Positions 17,957 to 26,739 of a DNA stretch of 35,406 nucleotides are shown here, one piece after another (position 1 is the first letter of the stretch; each line of letters begins with the position of its first letter). A program made the position numbers and the translations under genes. The stretch is from positions 1 to 35,406 of the forward strand of contig JANMEM010000013.1 in the NCBI GenBank assembly GCA_031376985.1, given 5' to 3'. The DNA comes from Hyphomicrobiales bacterium (GTDB lineage: Bacteria; Pseudomonadota; Alphaproteobacteria; Rhizobiales; Aestuariivirgaceae). The notes under the pieces were generated by a model. That model was not told the DNA's origin and searched no databases. It saw nothing but the letters and a program-made list of their open reading frames with translations.

Positions 17957-18844
17957 TCAAGTCTTGCTGCCGTTGCGCAGGTAAAAGCGTTCCAGCGCCA
18001 TACCCGTTGCTTTCAAACCTTCACGTGGTTTTTGCCCGTGGTGAAACAGCAGTCCGAGATAAAGCAGCTCAACCAGGTAAAGCTGACAAATGCGGCCCTC
18101 AAGAAAATCACCGTACAAAGGTTGCGGCGAGTCGTTATGCCAAGTGATCAATTGGATTTCAGCGGCCTTCGCCACATCGGAATCCGGATCGCTGGTAATG
18201 GCAATGGTTTTTGATCCCTTGCTGCGGGCAAGAGTCAATGCCGAAGCCACAGTTTCAGTGTGACCCGTATGCGAAATTCCAACCATCGTGCGTTGGGGTG
18301 TCATGGTGGCGGCGGCGGTGATCTGGGTATAGCCATCATTATAACTCTTGGAGTCGATGCCAGCCTTCAAAAGCATATGCACAGCTTCATCACACACAGA
18401 AGCTGCTCCTCCGACGCCGACAAAAATTGTCATCGACGCATTGGCCACGGCTTGCACTGCCTTTTCAATCCGGTCCGCATCAAGCATGCGATGTGTTTCA
18501 CGAATGGCGGCTGAAAGTGTGAGTGACAATTTTTCGCTCAGCGTGATCATGTTGTCGCCCTCAAGCAAGCCTGAGGGCAGGTTGGTATAAGTAGATTGGC
18601 GGCTGGATTCTTCAGCGATGGAGAGTTTGAGGCTAGGATAGCCTTCATAGCCCAAGGCGCGGCTCACGCGGCTGATGGTTGCTTCACTCACACCCAGGGT
18701 GCGGGAAAACTCAGTGATCGATGCGTCAATGCGTATGCCGACATGGCTGCGTAGATAATCTGCAACTTTGCGTTCAGCGGGGCGGAGTTCGCCGTATTGA
18801 TTTTGAATCCGTTGAATAAGATCAACACGTCCAGTCTCTCCCAT
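17957..18844 (-). CDS. MurR/RpiR family transcriptional regulator (HTH + SIS)
   Basis: LRPAERKVADY, GVSEATISRVSRALGYEGY..LK, GVGGA, GISHTG, IAITS. Confidence 0.93.
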   Translation of the reverse strand: MGETGRVDLIQRIQNQYGELRPAERKVADYLRSHVGIRIDASITEFSRTLGVSEATISRVSRALGYEGYPSLKLSIAEESSRQSTYTNLPSGLLEGDNMITLSEKLSLTLSAAIRETHRMLDADRIEKAVQAVANASMTIFVGVGGAASVCDEAVHMLLKAGIDSKSYNDGYTQITAAATMTPQRTMVGISHTGHTETVASALTLARSKGSKTIAITSDPDSDVAKAAEIQLITWHNDSPQPLYGDFLEGRICQLYLVELLYLGLLFHHGQKPREGLKATGMALERFYLRNGSKT

Positions 18845-18961
18845 ATTTACAGTCCTTTCCGCTCACATGATACGAGCGCACTTTTAGTGTGTTGAAAGCC
18901 CTGAACGGAATCGCCACAACTGATGGCAATAAAGCCCAGAATAGTCCAAGTATGCAATCCC

Positions 18962-18996
18962 AGACAGAAATTTTCAAACTGTGAAGAAAATTTTCT
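18962..18996. promoter_or_regulatory. Two candidate RpiR operators in the rpiR/E1a divergent region
   Basis: AGACAGA-A-ATTTTCA (18962-18976) and TGAAGAA-A-ATTTTCT (18982-18996), the same motif as at 8554 and 15595. Confidence 0.55.
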
Positions 18997-19070
18997 CGAC
19001 AAACGAAAATCGGCATTGTAGAGCAATTGTCAAGCAATTAGAAGGTTAAACCGAAGAAGGTTCGATCAAT

Positions 19071-20057
19071 ATGGCAAAAGCACCGCCCAGAGAAAATGCA
19101 CCACCCAAGGCACTTCTGGAAAAACTTTTCAGAACAGCTTATTCAATTCGTGTCTTCGAAACCGAAGGTATCAAGCTCTATCGTCAGGGGCTGATCCGTG
19201 GTTATTTCCACCCCTACCTCGGTCAGGAAGGCATCGCAACCGGTGCCTGCGCCGCTCTTTCAAAGGGTGATTACATCGCCTCGACCCATCGCGGCCACGG
19301 CCATTGTATTGCCTGGGGTGCAGACATCAAGCGCATGGTGGCAGAACTCTTGCAAAAAGAGACAGGCTATTGCCGGGGCTACGGTGGTTCGATGCATATC
19401 GCTGATATCACCACAGGAAATCTCGGAGCCAATGGCATTGTGGGTGCAGGCACACCATTGGGTGTGGGTGCTGCACTGGCAGCGCAAGTGCGCGGCAGTG
19501 ATGCCGTCACTGTGACCTTCACAACTGATGGCGCCACCAACAACGGCACGTTTATGGAGTCGCTCAATCTAGCGGCTATCTGGAATCTCAATTTCATTCT
19601 GATCATCGAAAACAACCAATACGCCGTGTCGACTCCCATTGGTGACTCGACCCGCGAGACTGACCTCTACAAGCGCGGCATCGCAATCGGCGTTGAAAGC
19701 CATCTTGTTGATGGCAATGATCCTCTTGCGGTGCATGACCTCATGGTGGAAGCCGTGAAAAAATGCCGTGCCGGGCAGGGGCCAATCCTGATTGAAGCCC
19801 GTACCTACAGACACATGGGTCATCATGTGAATGATCCTGGAAAATATATGCCGGAAGACAAGCTGAAATATTACAAGGATCGTGATCCCGTCGACCGTGC
19901 CCGCAATGACTTCGTTGAAATGGGTGGCGCGACGGCGGCAGAAATAGCGGCAATCGAAAAGCAGGTTCAAGACGAATTTGAAGAGGCTGTCGAATTTTCC
20001 AAGAACAGCCCGGAAGTTTCCGTTGAGGAGTTCCGAGAATTCGCGGCGGTATATTGA
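19071..20057 (+). CDS. TPP-dependent dehydrogenase E1 alpha subunit (acetoin dehydrogenase-like)
   Basis: STHRGHGH, GGSMH, GANGIVG, TPP motif (T)DGA...ENNQY, TYRHMGH. Confidence 0.92.
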   Translation: MAKAPPRENAPPKALLEKLFRTAYSIRVFETEGIKLYRQGLIRGYFHPYLGQEGIATGACAALSKGDYIASTHRGHGHCIAWGADIKRMVAELLQKETGYCRGYGGSMHIADITTGNLGANGIVGAGTPLGVGAALAAQVRGSDAVTVTFTTDGATNNGTFMESLNLAAIWNLNFILIIENNQYAVSTPIGDSTRETDLYKRGIAIGVESHLVDGNDPLAVHDLMVEAVKKCRAGQGPILIEARTYRHMGHHVNDPGKYMPEDKLKYYKDRDPVDRARNDFVEMGGATAAEIAAIEKQVQDEFEEAVEFSKNSPEVSVEEFREFAAVY

Positions 20058-20091
20058 AGCATCACATTAGGTAAGTCCGGAGAACGTTTTA

Positions 20092-21093
20092 ATGCGCGAG
20101 ATCATGTACCGCGATGCCCTGCGTGAGGCGATTGACGAAGAAATGGCACGCAACAATCAGGTCTTCATCATTGGTGAAGGCATTGCAGAACGTGGCGGTT
20201 CTTACAAAGTCACGGAAGGTCTGCTGGCCAAATATGGCACAAAGCGTGTGCGCGATACACCTATTGCCGAAGCCGGCATGATTGGCGTGGGCGTCGGTGC
20301 TGCCATTGCAGGTGGTCGCCCGATTGTTGAAATTCTCTACGTCGATTTCGCCATGCTGGGCATGGACATGATTGTCAACCAGGCTGCCAAATTCCGCCTG
20401 ATGACCGGGGGCAATGGCCGTGTTCCCTTCGTCATGCGCACGCAGGGCGGCACAGGCGGCGGTGTTGCCGCACAGCATTCGCAAAGTCTTGAAGCCATGT
20501 TCTATTCTGTTCCCGGCTTGCGCGTGGTCATGCCTTCAACACCTGCGGATGCAAAGGGCTTGTTGAAATTCGCATTGCGCCAGGATGATCCCGTGATGTT
20601 CCTGGAGCACAAGCACCTCTACATGACCAAGGGCATCGTGCCCGATGGTGAACATATCATCGAATTCGGCATTGGCGACGTCAAGCGCCAAGGCAAGGAC
20701 GTGACAATCATTGCCTGGTCCAACATGGTGCTGCGCTCATTGGAAGCGGCAGCAGAATTGGCCAAGCAGGGCATTGATGCAGAAGTCATTGACCCGCGCA
20801 CGCTGGTGCCGCTCGACAAGGCGATGATCCTGAAATCCGTCGCCAAGACCAAGCGCGCCGTCATCGTGCAGGAAGCCTGCCGCCGTGGCGGTGTGGCCTC
20901 CGACATTGCGTCGATCATCCAGGCCGAGGCCTTTTATGAACTTGATGCCCCGGTTGAAATTGTGGCCGGCCTTGATATTCCTGTGCCATTCAATCTTGCG
21001 CTTGAAAAAGTCAGTGTGCCGCAGAAGGATGAAATTGTGGCGGCAGTGCGCCGCAGTCTGCACCTTGATGCCTATGCCCAGGCAGCGGAGTGA
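20092..21093 (+). CDS. TPP-dependent dehydrogenase E1 beta subunit
   Basis: DTPIAEAG, IVNQAAK, AAQHSQ, DPVMFLEHK, EVIDPRTLVPLD. Confidence 0.93.
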   Translation: MREIMYRDALREAIDEEMARNNQVFIIGEGIAERGGSYKVTEGLLAKYGTKRVRDTPIAEAGMIGVGVGAAIAGGRPIVEILYVDFAMLGMDMIVNQAAKFRLMTGGNGRVPFVMRTQGGTGGGVAAQHSQSLEAMFYSVPGLRVVMPSTPADAKGLLKFALRQDDPVMFLEHKHLYMTKGIVPDGEHIIEFGIGDVKRQGKDVTIIAWSNMVLRSLEAAAELAKQGIDAEVIDPRTLVPLDKAMILKSVAKTKRAVIVQEACRRGGVASDIASIIQAEAFYELDAPVEIVAGLDIPVPFNLALEKVSVPQKDEIVAAVRRSLHLDAYAQAAE

Positions 21094-21099
21094 GCGGCA

Positions 21100-22353
21100 A
21101 TGTCTGAAGCCATTCTGTGTCCCCAGGTCGGGCAAGATCTGACTGAAGCAAAAGTCGTGGCACTCCATGTAAAACTGGGGGACACGGTCAAGAAGGGAAT
21201 GATCGTTGCCGAAGTTGAATCCGAAAAAGCCACCTTTGAAGTTGAGGCCTTTGCCGCTGGTGTGGTGATCAAACTACCTTACCAGGTAGGTGACACAGCA
21301 ACCGTGCTCGAACCGCTTGTGGTGTTGGGGAGTGATGCAGATGCCAAAGCTTCGGTTGAACAACCGAAGAAGGCACCAGCAAAAAATGGCAAAGCTCCGG
21401 CTCATGAAATCGCTGTTGAGCGTGTTGCGGAGAGTGGTCAAGGCAGGTCTTCTCCATTGGCCCGCCGCATCGCCGCGAACAATGGCCTTGAGATTGATAA
21501 GATCGCGGGCACCGGCCCCCGAGGTGCCGTGGTGTTGCGAGATGTGGAAGGCTTGGCTGCAACATCAGGCAAATCCGCTGCCGCCTCTGCCACGGGACTT
21601 CACGTCAAATCCTTGAAGGATGGCAAAGGCACGCCTGTTGTGTTCATCCATGGCTTTGGTGCAGAACTTGCCGCGTGGCGACAAATTGCCATGGCCATTG
21701 GTTTACCTAATACTTTACTTGCCGTTGACTTGCCGGGCCACGGCGCATCACCGGATGCTGCTGCGCCTAGTTTCCAATCCATCGTCGATGCTGCCACTGC
21801 AACGCTACGTAGCATGGGCAGCGAGTTTCATCTTGTTGGCCACTCACTCGGTGCCGCTGTTGCCATTGCTCTCTCGGTGCAGAATGGTCTGACAATCAAA
21901 TCACTCACACTGTTTGCACCAGCCGGTTTGGGGACGACGGTTGACGGTGATTTCGTTGCGGGGTTCCTTGCAGCAAAGTCTGAAGCTGCCTTGTCTGCGC
22001 AAATGAAAAAACTGGTGAACGATCCCGCTGATCTTCCATCATCAATGGTCAAGGCCACCCAGGCCGCCCGTGAAGCAGGTCCGGTGGCTGCGCGTCAGTT
22101 CAAGGTTGCTGCGGGTCTGTTTGAAGGCTCAACACAATTGTTCTCGGTGCGTGCTGAGCTGGCCAAATATCAAGGCCCTTGCCGCATTGTCTTGGGGCAG
22201 CGTGATGGCATCATCTCGTCTTCTGAAACAAACAAGAAACTTGCCCCTGGTGTCGCAGTACATCTTCTGGAGAATGCAGGTCACTTACCTTTCCTCGAAG
22301 AGCAAAACCTCTCTGCACGTCTGATTGCTGAAACCGTCAGGTCCAGTGGCTGA
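21100..22353 (+). CDS. AcoC-type protein: lipoyl domain + E1/E3-binding domain + alpha/beta-hydrolase domain
   Basis: Lipoyl Lys in EVESEKA. PSBD SSPLARRIA...IAGTGPRGAV...DV. Hydrolase motifs FIHGFG, DLPGHG, GHSLG, GQRD, AGHLP. Confidence 0.88.
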   Translation: MSEAILCPQVGQDLTEAKVVALHVKLGDTVKKGMIVAEVESEKATFEVEAFAAGVVIKLPYQVGDTATVLEPLVVLGSDADAKASVEQPKKAPAKNGKAPAHEIAVERVAESGQGRSSPLARRIAANNGLEIDKIAGTGPRGAVVLRDVEGLAATSGKSAAASATGLHVKSLKDGKGTPVVFIHGFGAELAAWRQIAMAIGLPNTLLAVDLPGHGASPDAAAPSFQSIVDAATATLRSMGSEFHLVGHSLGAAVAIALSVQNGLTIKSLTLFAPAGLGTTVDGDFVAGFLAAKSEAALSAQMKKLVNDPADLPSSMVKATQAAREAGPVAARQFKVAAGLFEGSTQLFSVRAELAKYQGPCRIVLGQRDGIISSSETNKKLAPGVAVHLLENAGHLPFLEEQNLSARLIAETVRSSG

Positions 22354-23080
22354 CTCGTTGGGCCATAGCTCTCGTCCGCAAACGAGGGAGATTGGCACGA
22401 TCATCATTGATCTCGACGGCACCTTAGTGGACAGCGCGCCTGATCTGGCTGATGCACTGGATGAATTGCTGCAAGAACGTGGATTGGACCCAATCGGCCT
22501 TGACGGTGCGCGCAAGCTCATTGGTCATGGCATTGTGAATCTGGTGAGAAAAGCTTTAGAACTGCGCGGGCTTGCAATCACACCCGATCTCCTCGAAATT
22601 GCCGCAACGCGCTTTCGCGAACTCTACGCCAAACGCCTTCCCGCCAAAGCCGTTGCCTATCCCGGCGTCATGGATGTTCTGAAAACATTGAAAGCCGAGA
22701 ACTGGCGCCTGGTGGTTTGTACCAACAAGCTGGAAACATTTTCGCGCAAGATTCTTGAAGGCTTGGGTCTCGCCGCATTTTTCGATGTCATCGCCGGCCC
22801 CGATACTTATGGTGTGGCCAAGCCCGATCCGCAGCATCTCTTGCGAACATTGCCGGAAAACATGCCGCCCGGTTATAAAAAAATTATGATTGGTGACAGC
22901 GAAGTGGATGTCGAAACAGCCCACGCTGCTGCAATCCCTGTGATCGCCGTAACCTATGGCTATTCCAAAATACCGCTAGCTCAACTGAAGCCGCAAGCAC
23001 TTGCAAACAGTTTTTCCGAAGTCCCCATGCTGGTGAAACAATTGGCAAAAGAAGCCGGAGCTACAGCATGCGCGCTGTAG
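22346..23080 (+). CDS. gph: Phosphoglycolate phosphatase-like HAD hydrolase
   Basis: DLDGTLVDSAPDL, CTNK, KPDP, MIGDSEVD, VTYGY. GTG at 22346 overlaps the upstream stop. Confidence 0.8.
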   Translation: MADSLGHSSRPQTREIGTIIIDLDGTLVDSAPDLADALDELLQERGLDPIGLDGARKLIGHGIVNLVRKALELRGLAITPDLLEIAATRFRELYAKRLPAKAVAYPGVMDVLKTLKAENWRLVVCTNKLETFSRKILEGLGLAAFFDVIAGPDTYGVAKPDPQHLLRTLPENMPPGYKKIMIGDSEVDVETAHAAAIPVIAVTYGYSKIPLAQLKPQALANSFSEVPMLVKQLAKEAGATACAL

Positions 23081-24087
23081 CTTACTCAGCAGCAGGGCCG
23101 ATTGAGGCCAAAGACTCGCTTGTCAATGTCGAGATGCCAGAGCCCGTGCTTGGCGACAGAGATCTGCTCGTTGAAGTCAAAGCTATCTCCGTCAATCCCG
23201 TCGACACGAAAGTACGCCGCAAGGTCTCGCCGCAATCCGGCGAATTGAAAATATTAGGTTGGGACGCGGCAGGTGTTGTGATCGCGACCGGAACAAATGT
23301 GCAGAACTTTAAGCGGGGCGACAAGGTTTATTATGCTGGCGATCTCAACCGCCAAGGCACCAATGCCGAGCGCCACGCCGTAGATGAACGCATCGTTGGC
23401 CGCATGCCAAAAACACTCGATTTTGCCGCAGCAGCAGCTTTGCCACTCACCGCCATTACCGCTTGGGAAGCGCTTTTTGATCGGCTTGATGTCAATCGCC
23501 CAATACCAGGGCCAGACAATTCAATTCTGATTATCGGAGGTGCCGGTGGAGTATCTTCGATAGCCATTCAACTTGCCCGCCAGCTCACGAAGCTCAAAGT
23601 TATCGCGACAGCCTCGAATGATGCGTCACATGCGTGGGTAACGCAAATGGGTGCCCATGTTGTGCTCGATCATCGTGCGCCATTGGTTGAGGAAATTCGC
23701 AAACATGGGCTTACTGCTCCAGCATTTGTCTTCGGCACAACGCAAACCGAAATGCATTTGCCTGCCATTGCAGAGCTCATTGCGCCGCAAGGCCGCTTTG
23801 CAGTGATCGACGATCCATCGGTTCTCGACATCAACCCGTTCAAACGCAAGAGCGTGTCCGTGCATTGGGAGTTCATGTTCACCCGCTCCATGCACCAGAC
23901 AGCTGACATCGCAGAGCAAGGCCAGCTTCTCAATGAAGTTGCGCGTCTCGTCGATTCTGGAAAAATCAAGCCCACGCTTGGCGATAATTTTGGCCTCATC
24001 ACAGCAGAAAATTTGAAACGCGCCCATGTCCATATCGAAAGTGGACGTGTCAAAGGCAAGGTTGTTCTGGAAGGATTTGGAACATGA
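23068..24087 (+). CDS. MDR superfamily 'zinc-binding alcohol dehydrogenase family' (quinone oxidoreductase-like) protein
   Basis: AISVNPVDTKVR, LGWDAAG, LPLTAITAWEALFDRL, IGGAGGV, HWEFMFTRS. Confidence 0.9.
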   Translation: MRAVAYSAAGPIEAKDSLVNVEMPEPVLGDRDLLVEVKAISVNPVDTKVRRKVSPQSGELKILGWDAAGVVIATGTNVQNFKRGDKVYYAGDLNRQGTNAERHAVDERIVGRMPKTLDFAAAAALPLTAITAWEALFDRLDVNRPIPGPDNSILIIGGAGGVSSIAIQLARQLTKLKVIATASNDASHAWVTQMGAHVVLDHRAPLVEEIRKHGLTAPAFVFGTTQTEMHLPAIAELIAPQGRFAVIDDPSVLDINPFKRKSVSVHWEFMFTRSMHQTADIAEQGQLLNEVARLVDSGKIKPTLGDNFGLITAENLKRAHVHIESGRVKGKVVLEGFGT

Positions 24088-24118
24088 AGAATTCAATAAT
24101 TCGCAAGTGGAGGAAAAC

Positions 24119-24409
24119 ATGAAACCCTTGACAGTGGTTGCCACATTGAAAGCCAAGCCTGGTCTAGAGAAAAAACTGGGTGACATTTTGAAAACACTTG
24201 TTGCGCCCACCCGCGCGGAGAACGGCTGTCTCAACTACGACATGCACCAGTCTGATGAAGACACTGGCCTGTATGTCTTCCACGAGAATTGGGCCACGCG
24301 TGCCGATTGGGAAGCACATATGAAGACACCTCACCTTGTCAACTTCGCTGCCATGCAAAGTGATCTCGCGGAAAGCTGGACCTTGTTCAGCGGCCACAAC
24401 GTTTCCTGA
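24119..24409 (+). CDS. ABM-domain protein (putative quinol monooxygenase family)
   Basis: VATLKAKPG...PTRAENGCLNYDMHQ...FHENW...HMKTPH. GGAGG RBS. Confidence 0.85.
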   Translation: MKPLTVVATLKAKPGLEKKLGDILKTLVAPTRAENGCLNYDMHQSDEDTGLYVFHENWATRADWEAHMKTPHLVNFAAMQSDLAESWTLFSGHNVS

Positions 24410-24425
24410 ACCGGAGGATAAATTC

Positions 24426-25124
24426 ATGAAAATCAAGTTTTACGCCCACGCCAGTTTTCGCCTCGAAACGGATGATCTCGCCGTTGTAACTGACCCCTAT
24501 ACCCCCGCACCCGGCAACAGCGGCTTCGATCCCATCAATGAGGAGGCGGACATTGTGCTGATGAGTTCAGCAACCGACAGCTTCCACTCGGACCCAAGTC
24601 ACATCAAAGGCAAACCCATCGTGGTCAATACATTGGAACTGCCCACGGAAGGCAAGCAGATCAACAACAGACTCTTCGTAAAATCCTATCCCGCTTGGGA
24701 AAGCATGACCTTTGACTATCGCAAGGAATACAACCGCGACCCCGATGCCAATGCGCTCTATCATTTTGAACTTGAGGGCATTCGCTTCTTGCATATGGGC
24801 GACACGGGCATTCCCGTGCTTGAAGATCATCTGAAAGAACTCGAAGGCAAAGTCGATGTGTTGCTGGCTCTGGCTGGCGCCCACGCCACCATAGCGCTTG
24901 ACGAATTGGACAAGGTGATCATCAGATTGAAGCCCAAGGTCGTCATTCCCATGCATTACTTTAGTGCCAAGGGCGTATTGAAAATCGAGCCCGTCGAAAC
25001 CTTCCTCAGCCATTGCAAGTCGGAGAATGTGACGCGCGTAAAGGGATCAACACTTGAGCTCACCGTCGCAACATTGCCGAAAACAAACACACAGCACGTC
25101 TATGTGTTGGAACAATCGAAGTAG
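24426..25124 (+). CDS. MBL-fold metallo-hydrolase-like protein
   Basis: MKIKFYAHASFRL, VTDPY, LHMGDTG, PKVVIPMHY. HxHxDH motif degenerate. GGAGG RBS. Confidence 0.8.
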   Translation: MKIKFYAHASFRLETDDLAVVTDPYTPAPGNSGFDPINEEADIVLMSSATDSFHSDPSHIKGKPIVVNTLELPTEGKQINNRLFVKSYPAWESMTFDYRKEYNRDPDANALYHFELEGIRFLHMGDTGIPVLEDHLKELEGKVDVLLALAGAHATIALDELDKVIIRLKPKVVIPMHYFSAKGVLKIEPVETFLSHCKSENVTRVKGSTLELTVATLPKTNTQHVYVLEQSK

Positions 25125-25146
25125 GGCGCGATTCGTGAATTGAAAC

Positions 25147-26694
25147 ATGGACGACGGAATTATTATTGGCATTGATGCCGGAACATCGGTGATGAAATCT
25201 GTCGCGTTTACCTGTGATGGCAGGCAACTGGCTGTTGCAGCCATTCCCAATCACTATGTGACTTTGCCTGATGGTGGCGTCGAACAGGATATGAACCTTA
25301 CCTGGGTTGATGCGGCAGCCACACTTCGCCAACTTGGAGATATTATTCCAGATCTCGCGTCTCGCGTGATTGCAATATCTGTTACGGCACAGGGCGATGG
25401 TTTATGGTTGATCGACAAGGCGGGTGAGCCAGTGGGGCCTGCTATCATCTGGCTGGACAACCGTTGCGCTCCAATTGTTGATGGCTATGTTGATACAGAA
25501 CACTACGCCGCCCATTACGAGCGTACAGGAACCGGTCTGACTGTTGTGCAGATGAGCGGCAAGCTTGCCTGGATGCAAAGCAACAAGCCCGAAATTCTGG
25601 CCAAGGCAACTCACGCCTTCCATTGCAAGGACTGGATCTATTTCAAACTGACAGGGGATCGGGTCACCGATCCGTCGGAGGCCAACTGTACGTTTGGCAA
25701 CTACAAGACCGATACTTGTCAGCCGGATATTCTTGATCACTTGGGAGCAGGCAGTGCCAGGCAGCTTCTGACTCCGGTTGTTGATGGCACACGAGACTGC
25801 GGCGACCTGACTGCGGCTGCGGCGAAAGTGACAAACCTGAAGGCCGGGACGCCGATTTGCCTGGGCTTTGTGGATTATGTCTGCTCTGGCTTGGGCGGTG
25901 GATTGTTCGATGCTTCAGGCGAAACAGGTTGCTCCATCATTGGATCCACGGGCATGCACATGTGTCTTCGGACCGACATGAACGACGTCCAGCTAAATTC
26001 TGAAAAATCCGGGTTCACCGTCAGTTTTCCGGCACCGGGCATGGTAGCACAAATGCAATCCAATATGGCGGCTACATTGAATATCGACTGGTTACTCGAT
26101 GTGGCGATCGGCATATTGTCAGACTACGGATTAAATAGGAGCCGGACTGATTTGCTGACAGGTCTCGACGACAAGATTCTGGCGCGCGAGCCCGCCAAGC
26201 TGTTGTACCACCCCTATATTTCATGGGCCGGTGAACGTAGCCCGTTCATGGACACGGCGGCGCGGGCCATATTCAACGGGCTTGATACCACGGTTGATTA
26301 TTTCGACATGATGCGAGCCGTGTTCGAAGGCCTCGCTTTCGCGGCACGGGATTGTTACGTGGCCATGGGGTCGATACCGAAGGAGATCCGCGTCACGGGT
26401 GGGGCTGCGCGGTCCAAGGCTCTGCGCTTGATCATGGCGAGTGTGCTGAATGCTGACATCCGGACTGTGTCGCGCGAGGAGACGGGGGCGGCTGGTGCCG
26501 CGATGATAGCAGCGGTGCAGCAGCGGATTTTCCCGGATATGGCGGCCTGCGCCAAGGTGTGGGTTGATCCGCATCTGGGCGCATTGACCAAGCCTGATGC
26601 CGCTTTGGCCGCACGGTATGACAAGGTTTTTCCGCTTTATGTCGCAGCCCGCCAAGCCATCAGGCCGATTTGGAAGAATTTGCGCGAAGTCTGA
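25147..26694 (+). CDS. FGGY-family kinase, erythritol kinase EryA-like
   Basis: IIIGIDAGTSVMKSVAF, TAQGDG.WL, HCKDWIYFKLTG, IGSTGMH, SNMAATLNIDW, GERSPF, TGGAARS. Confidence 0.88.
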   Translation: MDDGIIIGIDAGTSVMKSVAFTCDGRQLAVAAIPNHYVTLPDGGVEQDMNLTWVDAAATLRQLGDIIPDLASRVIAISVTAQGDGLWLIDKAGEPVGPAIIWLDNRCAPIVDGYVDTEHYAAHYERTGTGLTVVQMSGKLAWMQSNKPEILAKATHAFHCKDWIYFKLTGDRVTDPSEANCTFGNYKTDTCQPDILDHLGAGSARQLLTPVVDGTRDCGDLTAAAAKVTNLKAGTPICLGFVDYVCSGLGGGLFDASGETGCSIIGSTGMHMCLRTDMNDVQLNSEKSGFTVSFPAPGMVAQMQSNMAATLNIDWLLDVAIGILSDYGLNRSRTDLLTGLDDKILAREPAKLLYHPYISWAGERSPFMDTAARAIFNGLDTTVDYFDMMRAVFEGLAFAARDCYVAMGSIPKEIRVTGGAARSKALRLIMASVLNADIRTVSREETGAAGAAMIAAVQQRIFPDMAACAKVWVDPHLGALTKPDAALAARYDKVFPLYVAARQAIRPIWKNLREV

Positions 26695-26703
26695 TTTTTA
26701 TCC

Positions 26704-26737
26704 TTGACAAGGCGAATATACTGTTCTATGTTTGTTC
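26704..26737 (+). promoter_or_regulatory. sigma70 promoter overlapped by an alphaproteobacterial LexA (SOS) box
   Basis: TTGACA (26704-26709), 17 bp, TATGTT (26727-26732). GTTC-tatgttt-GTTC (26723-26737) is an exact GTTC-N7-GTTC box. Confidence 0.8.
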
Positions 26738-26739
26738 TA

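Noticed and set aside
17244-23080. Calvin-cycle (cbb) operon suggested by cbbY, gph and aldolase
   Set aside because: No Rubisco, phosphoribulokinase, transketolase, FBPase or CbbR in the window, and the context is uptake and catabolism.
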